The position numbers and the translations under genes are program-made. Source: Aeriscardovia sp. (GTDB taxonomy: Bacteria; Actinomycetota; Actinomycetes; Actinomycetales; Bifidobacteriaceae). From it: 64,000 nucleotides of DNA. The notes under the pieces were generated by a model. The model saw only the letters and a program-made list of their open reading frames with translations. It was not told where the DNA came from and made no database searches. Each line of letters opens with the position of its first letter. Positions within the stretch are counted from its first letter, which is position 1. Positions 43,344 through 52,877 of this stretch are shown here, in pieces. The stretch covers positions 6,198 through 70,197 of the forward strand of contig JAGBQH010000001.1 in NCBI GenBank assembly GCA_017632945.1. Reading direction: 5' to 3'.

Positions 43344-43794
43344 TTATTTCTTCCTTCCTTTCTTCCGCCTTAGGAAGCCCTGTCAAAAACACCGTAAGTC
43401 CCTCTATGGCGAGCACCCCCACGGCTCCCGCAAAAACCGTCCATGCAAATACCGCCCTGTTAAAGAAAGCAAAGCGGCTGAGGATGATTAAGGCTACAAA
43501 AACTATAATCAGCTTTAAAAACCAGCTGCCCGTAACGTAAAGGACGAATTTTCTGGGATTTATCTTTTTTCGGCTCAAGATCTTAAAGGCAAGGGGAGTA
43601 AAAAGGGCAAACACCAATAAGACTATTACGGCTATAATCGCTCCCCACAGCCCTTTTATGCCGGAAAAGACCGAGCCCAGGACTAAAGAGGCGACAGCTG
43701 TGGCAACGAAAAAAACCAGATCGAAGATGAAAATCCTGTTAATGATCTTTTTTGCTTGGATCTGACCCAGGGGGTCCATTTCCTTTCCTTTCAT
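43336..43794 (-). CDS. Small 4-TM membrane protein in the position of mycobacterial Rv1303 / AtpI-like
   Basis: Four hydrophobic helices, immediately downstream of wecA and overlapping it. The function call is positional only. Confidence 0.55.
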   Translation of the reverse strand: MKGKEMDPLGQIQAKKIINRIFIFDLVFFVATAVASLVLGSVFSGIKGLWGAIIAVIVLLVFALFTPLAFKILSRKKINPRKFVLYVTGSWFLKLIIVFVALIILSRFAFFNRAVFAWTVFAGAVGVLAIEGLTVFLTGLPKAEERKEEINE

Positions 43795-44917
43795 GCGAGC
43801 CTTTATTTCCTATTATCCCCAATTCCGTTAGCCTTTGCCTGTAATGGGGGGCTAAGGTGAGAAAAGTCAGGACCGGAACTACCCCACATGCAATTTCCAA
43901 AACGGTAAAGAAGGGAATGAAAAGAGTGAGGATGGATCCAAAAGCTATTACGAAGGCCCATGCCCATAAGATCAACACCGCCCCCACTACGCTGTGACCG
44001 ATTTTGAGCATTCTGTGGTGCAGATGCATTCGATCGGGGTGCATAGGAGACTGCCCTTTTAAAAGCCTCCTGCAGATCGCCAGGACCATATCCAAAACGG
44101 GGATAAAAAGCACCAGAAGAGGAAGGAGGATGGGCATAAAGACGGGGAGAAATGCCCCCGAATGGCGCAGGGAGGGAACGAATCGGCCCGTTAGAACCAG
44201 GGAAGCGCAGGTGAGAAGGTAGCCCAGCATCATAGATCCGGAGTCCCCCATAAAAATGCTGGCCGGATGCCAGTTGTGGATTAAAAATCCGGCGCATATT
44301 CCCACCAGGATCACGTTTAGCAGCGTAGACATGGAAGAAAAGCTGGGCTGAGACTTGGACAGCACATAACTGTAGACGCAAAAGGCCAGAGCCCCTATCC
44401 CCACAATGCCTGCCGCAAGGCCATCTAGGCCGTCTATAAAATTGACGGCATTTATGGATATGAGGATTAAAAGCACCGTTATGGCCATGGAGGAAAAAGA
44501 AGAAAGGGAGATAAGAACTGAGCCCCAGGGCAAAGAGACTAGCTGCACTCCTTTCCACGCCACAAAAATGGAGGCAAACATCTGTCCGCCAAGTTTTAGC
44601 ATCCAGTCCAAGTCAAACAGATCGTCTGCCACCCCCAAAAGGCAGATTAAAAAAGCCCCCAAAAGGATTATCCACTGTTGGTAGCCGTCCCCTTGAAAAA
44701 GGGATCTAAACCATGGAATCGCCCTGGCAAAGCATAAGGCGAGGGCAAAACCCAAAAACATGGCCACGCCCCCCATGCGGGGAGTGGGGACCGTGTGCAC
44801 GTCTCTTTTCCTTATCTGCTGGATGGCCCCCGCTTTAATTGCCAGACGCCTGACCATGGGGGTGAGGAGCGCGACAGCTAAGAAGGCGCATAGGAATATG
44901 AAGAAGTATGCCCGCAT
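43739..44917 (-). CDS. wecA: Glycosyltransferase family 4 polyprenyl-phosphate GlcNAc-1-P transferase (WecA/Rfe-like)
   Basis: ADDLFDLDW and NAVNFIDGLDGLA motifs, about 11 TM helices, follows tsaC as rfe does in mycobacteria. Confidence 0.8.
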   Translation of the reverse strand: MRAYFFIFLCAFLAVALLTPMVRRLAIKAGAIQQIRKRDVHTVPTPRMGGVAMFLGFALALCFARAIPWFRSLFQGDGYQQWIILLGAFLICLLGVADDLFDLDWMLKLGGQMFASIFVAWKGVQLVSLPWGSVLISLSSFSSMAITVLLILISINAVNFIDGLDGLAAGIVGIGALAFCVYSYVLSKSQPSFSSMSTLLNVILVGICAGFLIHNWHPASIFMGDSGSMMLGYLLTCASLVLTGRFVPSLRHSGAFLPVFMPILLPLLVLFIPVLDMVLAICRRLLKGQSPMHPDRMHLHHRMLKIGHSVVGAVLILWAWAFVIAFGSILTLFIPFFTVLEIACGVVPVLTFLTLAPHYRQRLTELGIIGNKGSHERKGNGPPGSDPSKKDH

Positions 44918-45556
44918 TTAGGCCTTGCCGGATAGGAATTGGTAGATTGCCTGTGAGCTTATTTCTCCCTCCCTTAGGATTTTTACCCCTAGGCGGGAAG
45001 CGGGGCAGGAGCAAATTACCGTAGAGGGGACGAGGGCCGGCTTTTGATTGGAAAAGGCGTAAAGGGGGATTTTGCCTCCAAAGGCCAGCGCGGCCTCCTC
45101 TGCGGTGCGGCTTGTGGGAAAAGAAGAAATATTGGCGCTGGAGCAGGCGAGGGGGCCTGCGATCGAAGAAAGCTTCAAAAGGAGGGGGAGGTTGGGAACC
45201 CTTATGGCCTGGCTCTCTTTCCCTCCTTCCTTATTTACGGTGGCAAGGGGGCAGGCGGGGCCGGCCAAAGCTATAGGGCAAAGTCCTCCCGGAAGAAACC
45301 TTTCGGCCAAACTGTCGAGGGGGGAGGGGAGGAAAAGGTCAAAATCTTTTAAAGAAGGAACGGATGGGAAAACCGCCTGAAGCGGTTTGGACAAGGGGCG
45401 CTTTTTTAGTTCATAGAGGCGAAGGACGGCTTTAGGGTTTAAGGCGTCGGCCGCCAGGCCGTAGACGGTGTCGGTGGGCACTCCTATGACTTCGCCCTCC
45501 TTTATAAGTTCTGCCGCCTCTTCTATGCAGTCTTTAAAAAGCTTTATATTCGCCAT
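44918..45556 (-). CDS. tsaC: L-threonylcarbamoyladenylate synthase (YrdC/Sua5 domain only)
   Basis: GEVIGVPTDTVYGLAADA, SSANISS; 212 aa. Confidence 0.88.
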   Translation of the reverse strand: MANIKLFKDCIEEAAELIKEGEVIGVPTDTVYGLAADALNPKAVLRLYELKKRPLSKPLQAVFPSVPSLKDFDLFLPSPLDSLAERFLPGGLCPIALAGPACPLATVNKEGGKESQAIRVPNLPLLLKLSSIAGPLACSSANISSFPTSRTAEEAALAFGGKIPLYAFSNQKPALVPSTVICSCPASRLGVKILREGEISSQAIYQFLSGKA

Positions 45557-46422
45557 TTGACCCCCTGGGTGAACCGATCCCTTCCGGACAGATCCTTCAC
45601 CGTCTTCACGCCTTTAAAACCTATGCGCGAAAAAAGGGAAAAGACCTCCTCGCTTTGCCCGCTTTCGTGCTCTATGATACACAGGCCCCCCATTTTCAAA
45701 AGCCGATAGCATACAGGAAGAAGCCTGGAAATAAATTTCATTCCGTTTTCTCCCCCCCCAAAAAGGGCTTCCGGGGGATCGAAAGAGGCCTCGGGCTGAA
45801 AGACGCCAGAAAGGTAGGGAGGGTTGGATGCCACGCAGTCAAGGGCGGAAGTAAGAGAGGGAAGGAGGGAAGGGTGAAGAACGTCAGCTCTCACGGCGAT
45901 GCAGCGAGACCCCGGAAAAAAGCCTTTTCTCAGTTTTGCGATATTTTTTTGAAGGTAGCGGAAGGCTATGGGCATTTTTTCCACTGAAAAACACTGCACC
46001 CTGCAGGAACGGCAAACTTGCAGCCCCACAGCTCCGCTTCCGGCACACAGATCCGCCATGCGGGGCCGAGGCCTTTTTGAAAGAAAGTCCGAAACAATTT
46101 GGGGCATCACTTCAGTTTCGGGCCTGGGCACAAATACGCCCCTCCCCACTTCGAGATCTAAAGATGCAAACGGAGCCGCTTTGGCAAGGTGCTGAAGAGG
46201 AATCCTCTTCCCTCTTCTTTCCAAAAGAAATTTGAACCTTGAGATTTCTTCCCTTTTGGCCACTTGGCTTACTTGGGGATCCATCACCTGCCAAATCCGC
46301 GCTTCCCCTTCGCTTCTTTGGCAAGCGAGGGCGAAAATTTTCAGGCTCTCGCTTTCGCTCCACTCAACCCCCGCCTGTTTAAGGTAAGAAGAAGAGGCCC
46401 TTAAAAGATCGCTTACCCTCAC
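45544..46422 (-). CDS. prmC: Release-factor glutamine methyltransferase
   Basis: [10 protein letters not shown] and VASNPPYL motifs. The GTG start overlaps the prfA TGA. Confidence 0.9.
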   Translation of the reverse strand: MRVSDLLRASSSYLKQAGVEWSESESLKIFALACQRSEGEARIWQVMDPQVSQVAKREEISRFKFLLERRGKRIPLQHLAKAAPFASLDLEVGRGVFVPRPETEVMPQIVSDFLSKRPRPRMADLCAGSGAVGLQVCRSCRVQCFSVEKMPIAFRYLQKNIAKLRKGFFPGSRCIAVRADVLHPSLLPSLTSALDCVASNPPYLSGVFQPEASFDPPEALFGGGENGMKFISRLLPVCYRLLKMGGLCIIEHESGQSEEVFSLFSRIGFKGVKTVKDLSGRDRFTQGVKWRI

Positions 46423-47507
46423 TCCCCCGAAATCTCCGCTTCCTCGTCCATGCGTATGCCAGAATCTATAACGTCTTGGAGGCGCCCCTCCATCACCTGG
46501 TCAAGGTCATAGGCCTTGTATCCGGTCCGGTGGTCTACAATCCTGTTTTCCGGAAAATTGTAGGTGCGGATTCTTTCGGATCTGTCCAGGCTGCGGACCT
46601 GGGAGTGGCGCATATCGGCCGCCTTTGCCGCTTCCTCCTCTTTTTTCAAAGCCAGAAGGCGCGACTTTAAAACCCTCAAAGCCGCGGCCCTGTTTTGGAT
46701 CTGGCTTTTTTCATCCTGCATGTTTACCACAATCCCCGTGGGAATATGGGTCATCCTCACAGCTGAGTAGGTAGTGTTCACGCTTTGGCCTCCCGGCCCG
46801 GAGCTCATGAAGGTATCAATTTTAAGGTCTTTGGGATCTATTTCGATTTCATCGGAATCTTCTTCCACCTCGGGGAAAACCAGAACCCCTGCCGCAGAAG
46901 TTTGAATCCTTCCCTGCGATTCTGTGACCGGAACCCTTTGGACCCTGTGCACGCCGCCTTCGTATTTCAGGTTTGCCCATACGCCCTGGGCGGGGCTGGA
47001 AATATTTTTTGATCTGAAGGCGATCTGGGCGTCCTTTATTCCTCCCAGCTGCGTGACGGACTGGGACTGAATTTGGACCTGCCAGTCTTTAAGCTGGGCG
47101 TAGCGGATATACATTCGCATGAGATCGGCCGCAAACAGGGCCGCTTCTTCCCCGCCGGTGCCGGCCTTTATCTCCATAATTACGTTCTTTGCGTCATCGG
47201 GATCTCTTGGGTGAAGCATCCTTTTAAGATCCCCCTCTTTTTGGGAGATTTTTTCTTCCGTCTCCCTCGCTTCCTCTTCAAAGGAGGGATCTTCTTTCGC
47301 GAGCTCTTTGGCGGCCTCAAGATCCTGGCACATAACCTTAAGGTCTCTAAGGCACTCTACCGCCCCTTCCAGCTCTGCGTGGCGCATAGCCAGTTTTTTA
47401 ATCTCCTTTGTGTCGGAGGTTTTCGACATTTTCTCTTCTATTTCCCTATACTCTTTTTCCGCCTTGATGGCCATAGGGTATTTTTCCTCAAAACTTTTAG
47501 CTGTCAT
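46419..47507 (-). CDS. prfA: Peptide chain release factor 1
   Basis: [14 protein letters not shown] (PxT motif region), [11 protein letters not shown] (GGQ). The start is uncertain among 47546, 47507 and 47474. Confidence 0.93.
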   Translation of the reverse strand: MTAKSFEEKYPMAIKAEKEYREIEEKMSKTSDTKEIKKLAMRHAELEGAVECLRDLKVMCQDLEAAKELAKEDPSFEEEARETEEKISQKEGDLKRMLHPRDPDDAKNVIMEIKAGTGGEEAALFAADLMRMYIRYAQLKDWQVQIQSQSVTQLGGIKDAQIAFRSKNISSPAQGVWANLKYEGGVHRVQRVPVTESQGRIQTSAAGVLVFPEVEEDSDEIEIDPKDLKIDTFMSSGPGGQSVNTTYSAVRMTHIPTGIVVNMQDEKSQIQNRAAALRVLKSRLLALKKEEEAAKAADMRHSQVRSLDRSERIRTYNFPENRIVDHRTGYKAYDLDQVMEGRLQDVIDSGIRMDEEAEISGE

Positions 47508-49086
47508 ACATCTCCTCTTCTTGGTTTGGATCGCTTGTACCGTCAAGAATATCTTGGATGTCCAAGTTGTCCTGATCTAAGAGATCTTTAATCGGCATGG
47601 AGTCGATGCCGCTCCCGGGTCCGAGAGCGGAGTTTATTCCCTTTCGTTTGTCTGTGACTTTCTTGTCGATCCTGTCTATAAGGCCGGTGGTGAAGTAGGA
47701 AATTACGGCTATGATGGCTATCACCCTAAGATCGCTAAAGGAAGTCACTTCCACTGCAAGCACAACTGCCGTAAGGGGCTTTTTTATTACAGATCCAAAC
47801 AGGCCCCCGAGGCACCCTACACCTATAAGCGAGTAGAAAGCGAGGCTTGAAGGGGCAAGGTGGAGCGCTGCAAAAATTTTTCCGCAAAATAGGCCGTATA
47901 TGATTCCCAAAGAACATATTGGAAGGAAAATGCCGGAGGGCGCTCCCGATCCATAGGAAATCTGGGCAAAAATCAACCTCAAAATTATGTATATGAAAAG
48001 AAGCCATATCGACACCTTGGCCGCTCCTACGGAAAGGTCGCGGGCAAGGAAGCTTCCATCTCCCAAAGTGGCCGGAAGGTAGAGGCCTATCGGGATGGAA
48101 AGCACGAGGGGAATAAACATGCGGAGCCTGTGGGGAATGTGGAGCTTATCGTAAATCCCAACTCCCCATGCCAGCGTTTTTTCATAGGCATATCCCAAAA
48201 TCCCGCACCCCAGCCCTATGGGTATCAATTCCCAGTAGAGATGAAGGGCGAGGTGGATGGGATGGATGAGGATAAAGTCGGGGCTGGTGCCCAAAATCAG
48301 GATGGTGATGTATCCGCTTGCCACACTTGCCACAAAGGAAGCGAGGATGGTAGAGAGTGGGTACTGGAATTTCTTCCTATTTAGGTAGTCTCCTTCGATT
48401 AAAAACAGAGTAGCCGCGATGGGCGCGGTAAAAGCTGCTGCCAGGCCCGCTGCCAGGCCCGCTGCCACGAGCTGGCGCCTGTGGGATTTAGTAAAGCCGG
48501 TAGCATCTGTAATGGCAAGTCCGACCGTGGCCCCCATTTGAATTGACGGCCCCTCGCATCCCAGGTATAGGCCCGAAGAGAGGGCTAGGGTCCCTCCAAC
48601 AAACTTTCTCCACAACAGCCTCCACCAGTTCCACCATGTGGGTTCAAACGAGTGAAGCCTGGCTTCCACGTCGGCCGCTCCCGAGTAGGCCACAAGCGGG
48701 GCGCTTCTTATGATCCAGGCTATAAAGAGGCTTACCGCAAGGCTCACAGCCACTATTAAAATCAACCACCACCAGTGCCCCATGCGTATGTATTCGTAAA
48801 GATCTCTTACATAGCCGACCAGAATGCCGGTGATAAGCCTAAACAGGCCAACTACCGCTCCTACAAGTACGCCGTCCAGCGCGGCCCAAAGCAAAATCTT
48901 TAGAGACGGATTTCCGCTGTCGAGCATTTTGGAGAGGAAAGAGTCCCATGAGGAAAGCTTTCTTCGCCTTATATGAAAGGCGGATGGATTTTTGTGGGGG
49001 ATGGGGCTGTTGGCGGGAATATCTTTGGCTTTACTGGATATAGATAAAGTGTTTTCTGCATTGGGTAAAGATGGCTTATCGCTCAT
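47497..49086 (-). CDS. ClC-family chloride channel/antiporter
   Basis: [10 protein letters not shown] and GAPSGIFLP motifs, multi-TM, no CBS domains. ATG 49086 (RBS GAAGGGAAAG) is preferred to the track's TTG 49110. Confidence 0.85.
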   Translation of the reverse strand: MSDKPSLPNAENTLSISSKAKDIPANSPIPHKNPSAFHIRRRKLSSWDSFLSKMLDSGNPSLKILLWAALDGVLVGAVVGLFRLITGILVGYVRDLYEYIRMGHWWWLILIVAVSLAVSLFIAWIIRSAPLVAYSGAADVEARLHSFEPTWWNWWRLLWRKFVGGTLALSSGLYLGCEGPSIQMGATVGLAITDATGFTKSHRRQLVAAGLAAGLAAAFTAPIAATLFLIEGDYLNRKKFQYPLSTILASFVASVASGYITILILGTSPDFILIHPIHLALHLYWELIPIGLGCGILGYAYEKTLAWGVGIYDKLHIPHRLRMFIPLVLSIPIGLYLPATLGDGSFLARDLSVGAAKVSIWLLFIYIILRLIFAQISYGSGAPSGIFLPICSLGIIYGLFCGKIFAALHLAPSSLAFYSLIGVGCLGGLFGSVIKKPLTAVVLAVEVTSFSDLRVIAIIAVISYFTTGLIDRIDKKVTDKRKGINSALGPGSGIDSMPIKDLLDQDNLDIQDILDGTSDPNQEEEMYDS

Positions 49087-49150
49087 TACTTTCCCTTCGC
49101 TATTCCTCAACTGATTACCCTACAATGATATCCACCCGCAGGCATGCGAA

Positions 49151-49177
49151 ATTAAAAACGCCCCCGAAGAGGGGGCG
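49151..49177 (-). terminator. Rho-independent terminator of groES
   Basis: The minus strand reads CGCCCCC-TCTTC-GGGGGCG followed by TTTTTAATTT, about 24 nt after the groES stop. Confidence 0.8.
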
Positions 49178-49200
49178 GGGCTTTTGCAATCCAGGGCTTA

Positions 49201-49497
49201 CTACTCTTCTATGATTGCGAGCACATCCCTGGAAGAGATAATGAGATAGACTTCTCCCCTGAAGTGAATCTCGCTTCCGCCATACCTCGAGAACAGAATC
49301 TTATCCCCGGCCTTGACGTCCATGGGTATCAAATTGCCCTTCTCGTCGCGCTTTCCGGGGCCGGCCGCCAGCACTTCTCCCTGCTGGGGCTTTTCCTTGG
49401 CGGAATCGGGGATGACAAGTCCGGACTGGGTGGTGGTCTCGGCACTCGCCTGCTTGATGATTATCCTGTCTTCGACTGGTTTGAGCGCAATCGACAT
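49201..49497 (-). CDS. groES: Co-chaperonin GroES (no adjacent groEL)
   Basis: [11 protein letters not shown]...[23 protein letters not shown]..., 98 aa. Confidence 0.96.
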   Translation of the reverse strand: MSIALKPVEDRIIIKQASAETTTQSGLVIPDSAKEKPQQGEVLAAGPGKRDEKGNLIPMDVKAGDKILFSRYGGSEIHFRGEVYLIISSRDVLAIIEE

Positions 49498-49597
49498 TTT
49501 GCCTCCCTATGGGTATTAATCGAATTTGGGCAACCAAACGCAAAGGCGGTGGCTGACGACACCGCGTGGTGGTTATAGGTATAGGATATCTTATTTT

Positions 49598-49624
49598 TTA
49601 GCACTCTTGCAAAATAAGTGCTAA
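49598..49624 (-). promoter_or_regulatory. CIRCE (HrcA) operator upstream of groES
   Basis: TTAGCACTC-N9-AAGTGCTAA against the consensus TTAGCACTC-N9-GAGTGCTAA (one mismatch), about 100 nt upstream of the groES ATG. Confidence 0.85.
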
Positions 49625-49634
49625 AAGCGGAAGG

Positions 49635-50096
49635 CTAAAGGAGATCGGCCTTTTCCAGATCGCTTTCTTTTTCCTGCCGGTTAAAGCCATTGCCATGGTT
49701 AAAGGCCTTTAGATCCATGCTTTTGACCCCGCTTTCAACCCGCTCCAATCGAAACTGAACTTCATCGGCCTGTTGAGCGGGCAGTATGTAAGTGGGAGCT
49801 TCATCGGATTCAAACTTTGCTTCCTTTTCCTGCCTGGATTTCTTTGCCGCCTCAGAGACCTTTTTTTCCCATGCCATGGCCTGTCTGGAAGCTCGAATGC
49901 CAAAGATTACTACAAGGGCTAATAGAAAAATGGGAATCAAAGTGAAGAAAATGGAAAAATGCAAACCCAGTGCGCAGAAAAACACGATTAGGGTGACAAC
50001 TATAAGGGATAACACAATCATCTGCCTGCGCTTGATGGCCTTCCGGCGCAGAGCCCTTATTTCCTTTACCTGCTTTTCCGTCAACTCGGGTTTCAT
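49635..50096 (-). CDS. Hypothetical 2-TM membrane protein
   Basis: Basic N-terminus, two hydrophobic helices, charged C-terminal half. No family recognised. Confidence 0.5.
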   Translation of the reverse strand: MKPELTEKQVKEIRALRRKAIKRRQMIVLSLIVVTLIVFFCALGLHFSIFFTLIPIFLLALVVIFGIRASRQAMAWEKKVSEAAKKSRQEKEAKFESDEAPTYILPAQQADEVQFRLERVESGVKSMDLKAFNHGNGFNRQEKESDLEKADLL

Positions 50097-50189
50097 GGCT
50101 CTTCATCCTAAGATTAGACGTTCCCGAGGGGAAGGTCGGCTGAATAAATCGGAAGTAATGCGGTCCTAACGAATACGCAGGCCGCCTGA

Positions 50190-50265
<76 letters not shown>

Positions 50266-50376
50266 TTAGGATACGTTAAAAAATTCTAGCACGTAAATCT
50301 GCGAAAAAATAGAAATGTTAATCCGATAAAATGGTATTCATCTAGATCATGAATTTTGACATTGCAAAGGAGAAAA

Positions 50377-50802
50377 ATGGGTATTTTTGAAGATCTTGGA
50401 TCCGATGCCAAGAAAATCTTCCTGGCAGGTCTGGGCGCAGTGAGCAGCGCTGCAGATAAAGGGGAAGAAATAGTAGACAAGCTGGTAAGCAAAGGGGAAC
50501 TTACGGTAGAAGAGGGCAGGCAGCTTAACACCGCTTTGGCTCATAAGGTGCAAACCGGAACTGAAAACCTCAGGGGCAGTGTGCTTTTAAAGTACATGAA
50601 GTCTATGACGGTAGAGCAAAGGAAAGAGTTCGTTAAAAAAGTGGTGGAGATTTCCGACCAGCTCGACAAGGAAGAGGAAACCGACTTTAAAACTCAAAAG
50701 CCTCAAGACTCTTGCACAAACGAAAAAGGGTGCGATGCGCAACCCGGGGAGGCGGCTCCCGCTCCAGATCAGGCCTCCGAAGGCGATCCGGCTGGCAAGT
50801 AA
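50377..50802 (+). CDS. Phasin-family-like helical protein
   Basis: The start is set at MGIFEDLG with RBS AGGAG 5 nt upstream. FLAGLGAVSSAADKGEEIVDKLVSKGELTVEEG resembles phasin / PHA-granule-protein-like helices. Acidic tail. Confidence 0.6.
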   Translation: MGIFEDLGSDAKKIFLAGLGAVSSAADKGEEIVDKLVSKGELTVEEGRQLNTALAHKVQTGTENLRGSVLLKYMKSMTVEQRKEFVKKVVEISDQLDKEEETDFKTQKPQDSCTNEKGCDAQPGEAAPAPDQASEGDPAGK

Positions 50803-50805
50803 AAA

Positions 50806-52479
50806 TTGAGCCTAAAACAGGAAGGCCTGTACGGCAGACTTGAGAATTTATCAGCCTCCGAGTATGAAAAACCCCCGAAAAACGGAAGGCTGAAGCGAAT
50901 CGGGGAAATAATAGGGGTCTTAAGAAGATATGATGCCCTAAGGGGTATGAGCCCTGAAAAACTATGCAAAATACTGCAGGCCCTTGGCCCTACCTTTGTA
51001 AAAGTGGGCCAGATTCTCTCCATGCGCTCTGAAATTCTCCCCCAGGCCTATTGCGAAGCTCTGGCTTCTTTGAGATCGCACGCCGACCCCATGCCCTACA
51101 GCACGGTTTTAAATACCTTGGAGCACGAGTACGGAAGAAATCTTTCCGAAATCTTCGATTTTATCGATCGAAAACCTTTGGGATCGGCTTCCGTGGCCCA
51201 GGTCCACTACGCCAAACTTGTCACAGGCGAATCGGTAGCGGTAAAAGTGCAAAGGCCCGGCGTGCGGGAAATGATGGCCCAGGACATCGCGATAATAAGG
51301 TCGGTCGTGAAATTTGCCATGCGGATTGGAAAAGACTCCCAGCTTTTCGATCTTAAGGGCGTAGTCGAAGAGATCTGGACAAGTTTTAGGATGGAGACAG
51401 ATTTTTTGGTGGAAGCCAGAAATCTGCAGGAATTTAGGGAATTTACCGACCAGTTCGCATACATGGACTGCCCCAAGGTTTATATGTCCCTGTGTACCCA
51501 CAAGGTAGTCGTGATGGACTACATCCAGGGCATCCCCCTTGCCCATACCCGGGAGTTAAAAGAGGAAGGCTACAGCCTTAAAGAAATTGGCACCAAACTT
51601 GTAGACAATTACGCTTCTCAAATTCTGGATCGCGGATTTTTCCATGCAGACCCCCACCCCGGAAACATAATAATCAGGGGCGGGCAAATTGTACTTATCG
51701 ATATGGGCATCATGGGCAGGTTAAACGCCCACACCAGAAACATATTAAGAGACATAATTTTTGCCCTTGCAGTACAGGACTCTGCCAGCATAGAAGAAAG
51801 CCTTTTAAAGCTTTCCCCTCCCGCCACCGCCGTTTCCATCAACCGGGCGAACCTTCTTTCTGATATCGACATAATAGTTTCAAACTTTGCCACGATAGAT
51901 TTGCAGGATCTGAACATGGGGGAATTCATTCTCTCCCTCCTCCAGCTCATGCAAAGAAATGGCCTTGAAATTCCTTCCAGCCTTATCCTCGTTTCCAGGG
52001 CGCTTGTAACTCTTGAGGGAACAATTTCCGAATTTATCCCCGATGTGAACATGGTGGAAATAATCGAAAACCACTTAAAAGAAAACGGCATGAGGAAGGG
52101 AATTAAAAAGGAAATTTCTACTCTAAGCGCAGAAAGCCTTCAAGCTACCCACGGCCTCCTGGAATCCCTTTCTTACTCAAAGACGGCTGTAAAGCAGCTT
52201 ACGAGGGGAAACTTGAAAATTAACGCCGAGCTGGTAGGATCCCAAACTCCCTTAAGGCAGCTAAGTTACATAATCGACCGGCTTACGATGGCAATAATAA
52301 TAGCGGGGCTTTTTGTGGGCTCTTCCATCGTTTACTACGCGCGAATCCGGCCCGTAGTGTTTGGAATACCGATAGTAGGCATGCTGGGCTACATCGTGGC
52401 TTTCTGCCTGGGAGTGTGGATAATAGTTGACAGCATGCGGAGAAACCACCAGCTGCGGAAAAAATCTAGGCATAAATAA
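50806..52479 (+). CDS. ABC1/UbiB-family atypical kinase with two C-terminal TM helices
   Basis: LGPTFVKVGQILSMRSEILP, PLGSASVAQVHYA, VAVKVQRPGV, FFHADPHPGNI; TTG start. Confidence 0.88.
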   Translation: MSLKQEGLYGRLENLSASEYEKPPKNGRLKRIGEIIGVLRRYDALRGMSPEKLCKILQALGPTFVKVGQILSMRSEILPQAYCEALASLRSHADPMPYSTVLNTLEHEYGRNLSEIFDFIDRKPLGSASVAQVHYAKLVTGESVAVKVQRPGVREMMAQDIAIIRSVVKFAMRIGKDSQLFDLKGVVEEIWTSFRMETDFLVEARNLQEFREFTDQFAYMDCPKVYMSLCTHKVVVMDYIQGIPLAHTRELKEEGYSLKEIGTKLVDNYASQILDRGFFHADPHPGNIIIRGGQIVLIDMGIMGRLNAHTRNILRDIIFALAVQDSASIEESLLKLSPPATAVSINRANLLSDIDIIVSNFATIDLQDLNMGEFILSLLQLMQRNGLEIPSSLILVSRALVTLEGTISEFIPDVNMVEIIENHLKENGMRKGIKKEISTLSAESLQATHGLLESLSYSKTAVKQLTRGNLKINAELVGSQTPLRQLSYIIDRLTMAIIIAGLFVGSSIVYYARIRPVVFGIPIVGMLGYIVAFCLGVWIIVDSMRRNHQLRKKSRHK

Positions 52480-52507
52480 GGGCTCATGGTATACTGTTAC
52501 GGTACAT

Positions 52508-52584
52508 GGTGGGCATAGCTCAGTCGGTAGAGCATCTGATTGTGGTTCAGAAGGTCGCGTGTTCGAATCACGTTGCCCACCCCA
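52508..52584 (+). tRNA. tRNA-His (anticodon GTG) with encoded G-1 and CCA
   Basis: G-1 plus GTGGGCA/TGCCCAC acceptor, anticodon arm TCTGA-TTGTGGT-TCAGA, T-loop TTCGAAT, 3' CCCA. Confidence 0.92.
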
Positions 52585-52605
52585 TTTTTTTACCCTAAAG
52601 CCGGC

Positions 52606-52637
52606 AAAAAAAGGCCCTCCCAAGCGGAGGGCCTTTT
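52606..52637. terminator. Bidirectional terminator between tRNA-His (+) and tRNA-Leu/Thr (-)
   Basis: A7 - GGCCCTCC - CAAGC - GGAGGGCC - TTTT: an 8-bp GC-rich stem flanked by A- and T-runs. Confidence 0.75.
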
Positions 52638-52665
52638 CATATGCTTTGTCTAAAATTAAGCCGGG

Positions 52666-52746
52666 TGCACGGGAAGGGACTCGAACCCTCATGTCCTAAG
52701 ACACAGGAACCTAAATCCTGCGCGTCTACCATTCCGCCACTCGTGC
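52666..52746 (-). tRNA. tRNA-Leu (anticodon TAG), class II with long variable arm
   Basis: Anticodon arm CAGGA-TTTAGGT-TCCTG, 13-nt variable arm, T-loop TTCGAGT. There is one A-C mismatch in the acceptor stem. Confidence 0.8.
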
Positions 52747-52748
52747 GC

Positions 52749-52824
52749 TGGAGCCGTTTAACAGACTTGAACTGTTGACCTTCTCTTTACGAGAGAGACG
52801 CTCTACCAGCTGAGCTAAAACGGC
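52749..52824 (-). tRNA. tRNA-Thr (anticodon CGT), CCA encoded
   Basis: GCCGTTT/AAACGGC acceptor, anticodon arm TCTCT-CTCGTAA-AGAGA, T-loop TTCAAGT. It lies 2 nt from tRNA-Leu. Confidence 0.92.
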
Positions 52825-52877
52825 GTGACGGTTTAAAGTATATCAGAACCATCCCCGGTCAAAAGAAAGAGAAGAGG

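Noticed and set aside
43803-44558. 251-aa same-strand alternative-frame ORF inside wecA
   Set aside because: The wecA frame carries clear GT4/MraY-family motifs and TM periodicity. The alternative frame is Arg/Gly/Pro-rich noise.
49111-49150. Looked for a fluoride (crcB-motif) riboswitch ahead of the ClC gene
   Set aside because: The roughly 60 nt available between the groES terminator and the ClC start show none of the conserved crcB-motif segments I recall. The protein also has canonical GxEGP / GIFxP ClC motifs.
52261-52699. 143-aa and 90-aa ORFs spanning the tRNA-His / terminator region
   Set aside because: They overlap a well-folding tRNA and a terminator hairpin, as well as the 3' end of the ABC1 kinase gene. 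They are not credible CDS.
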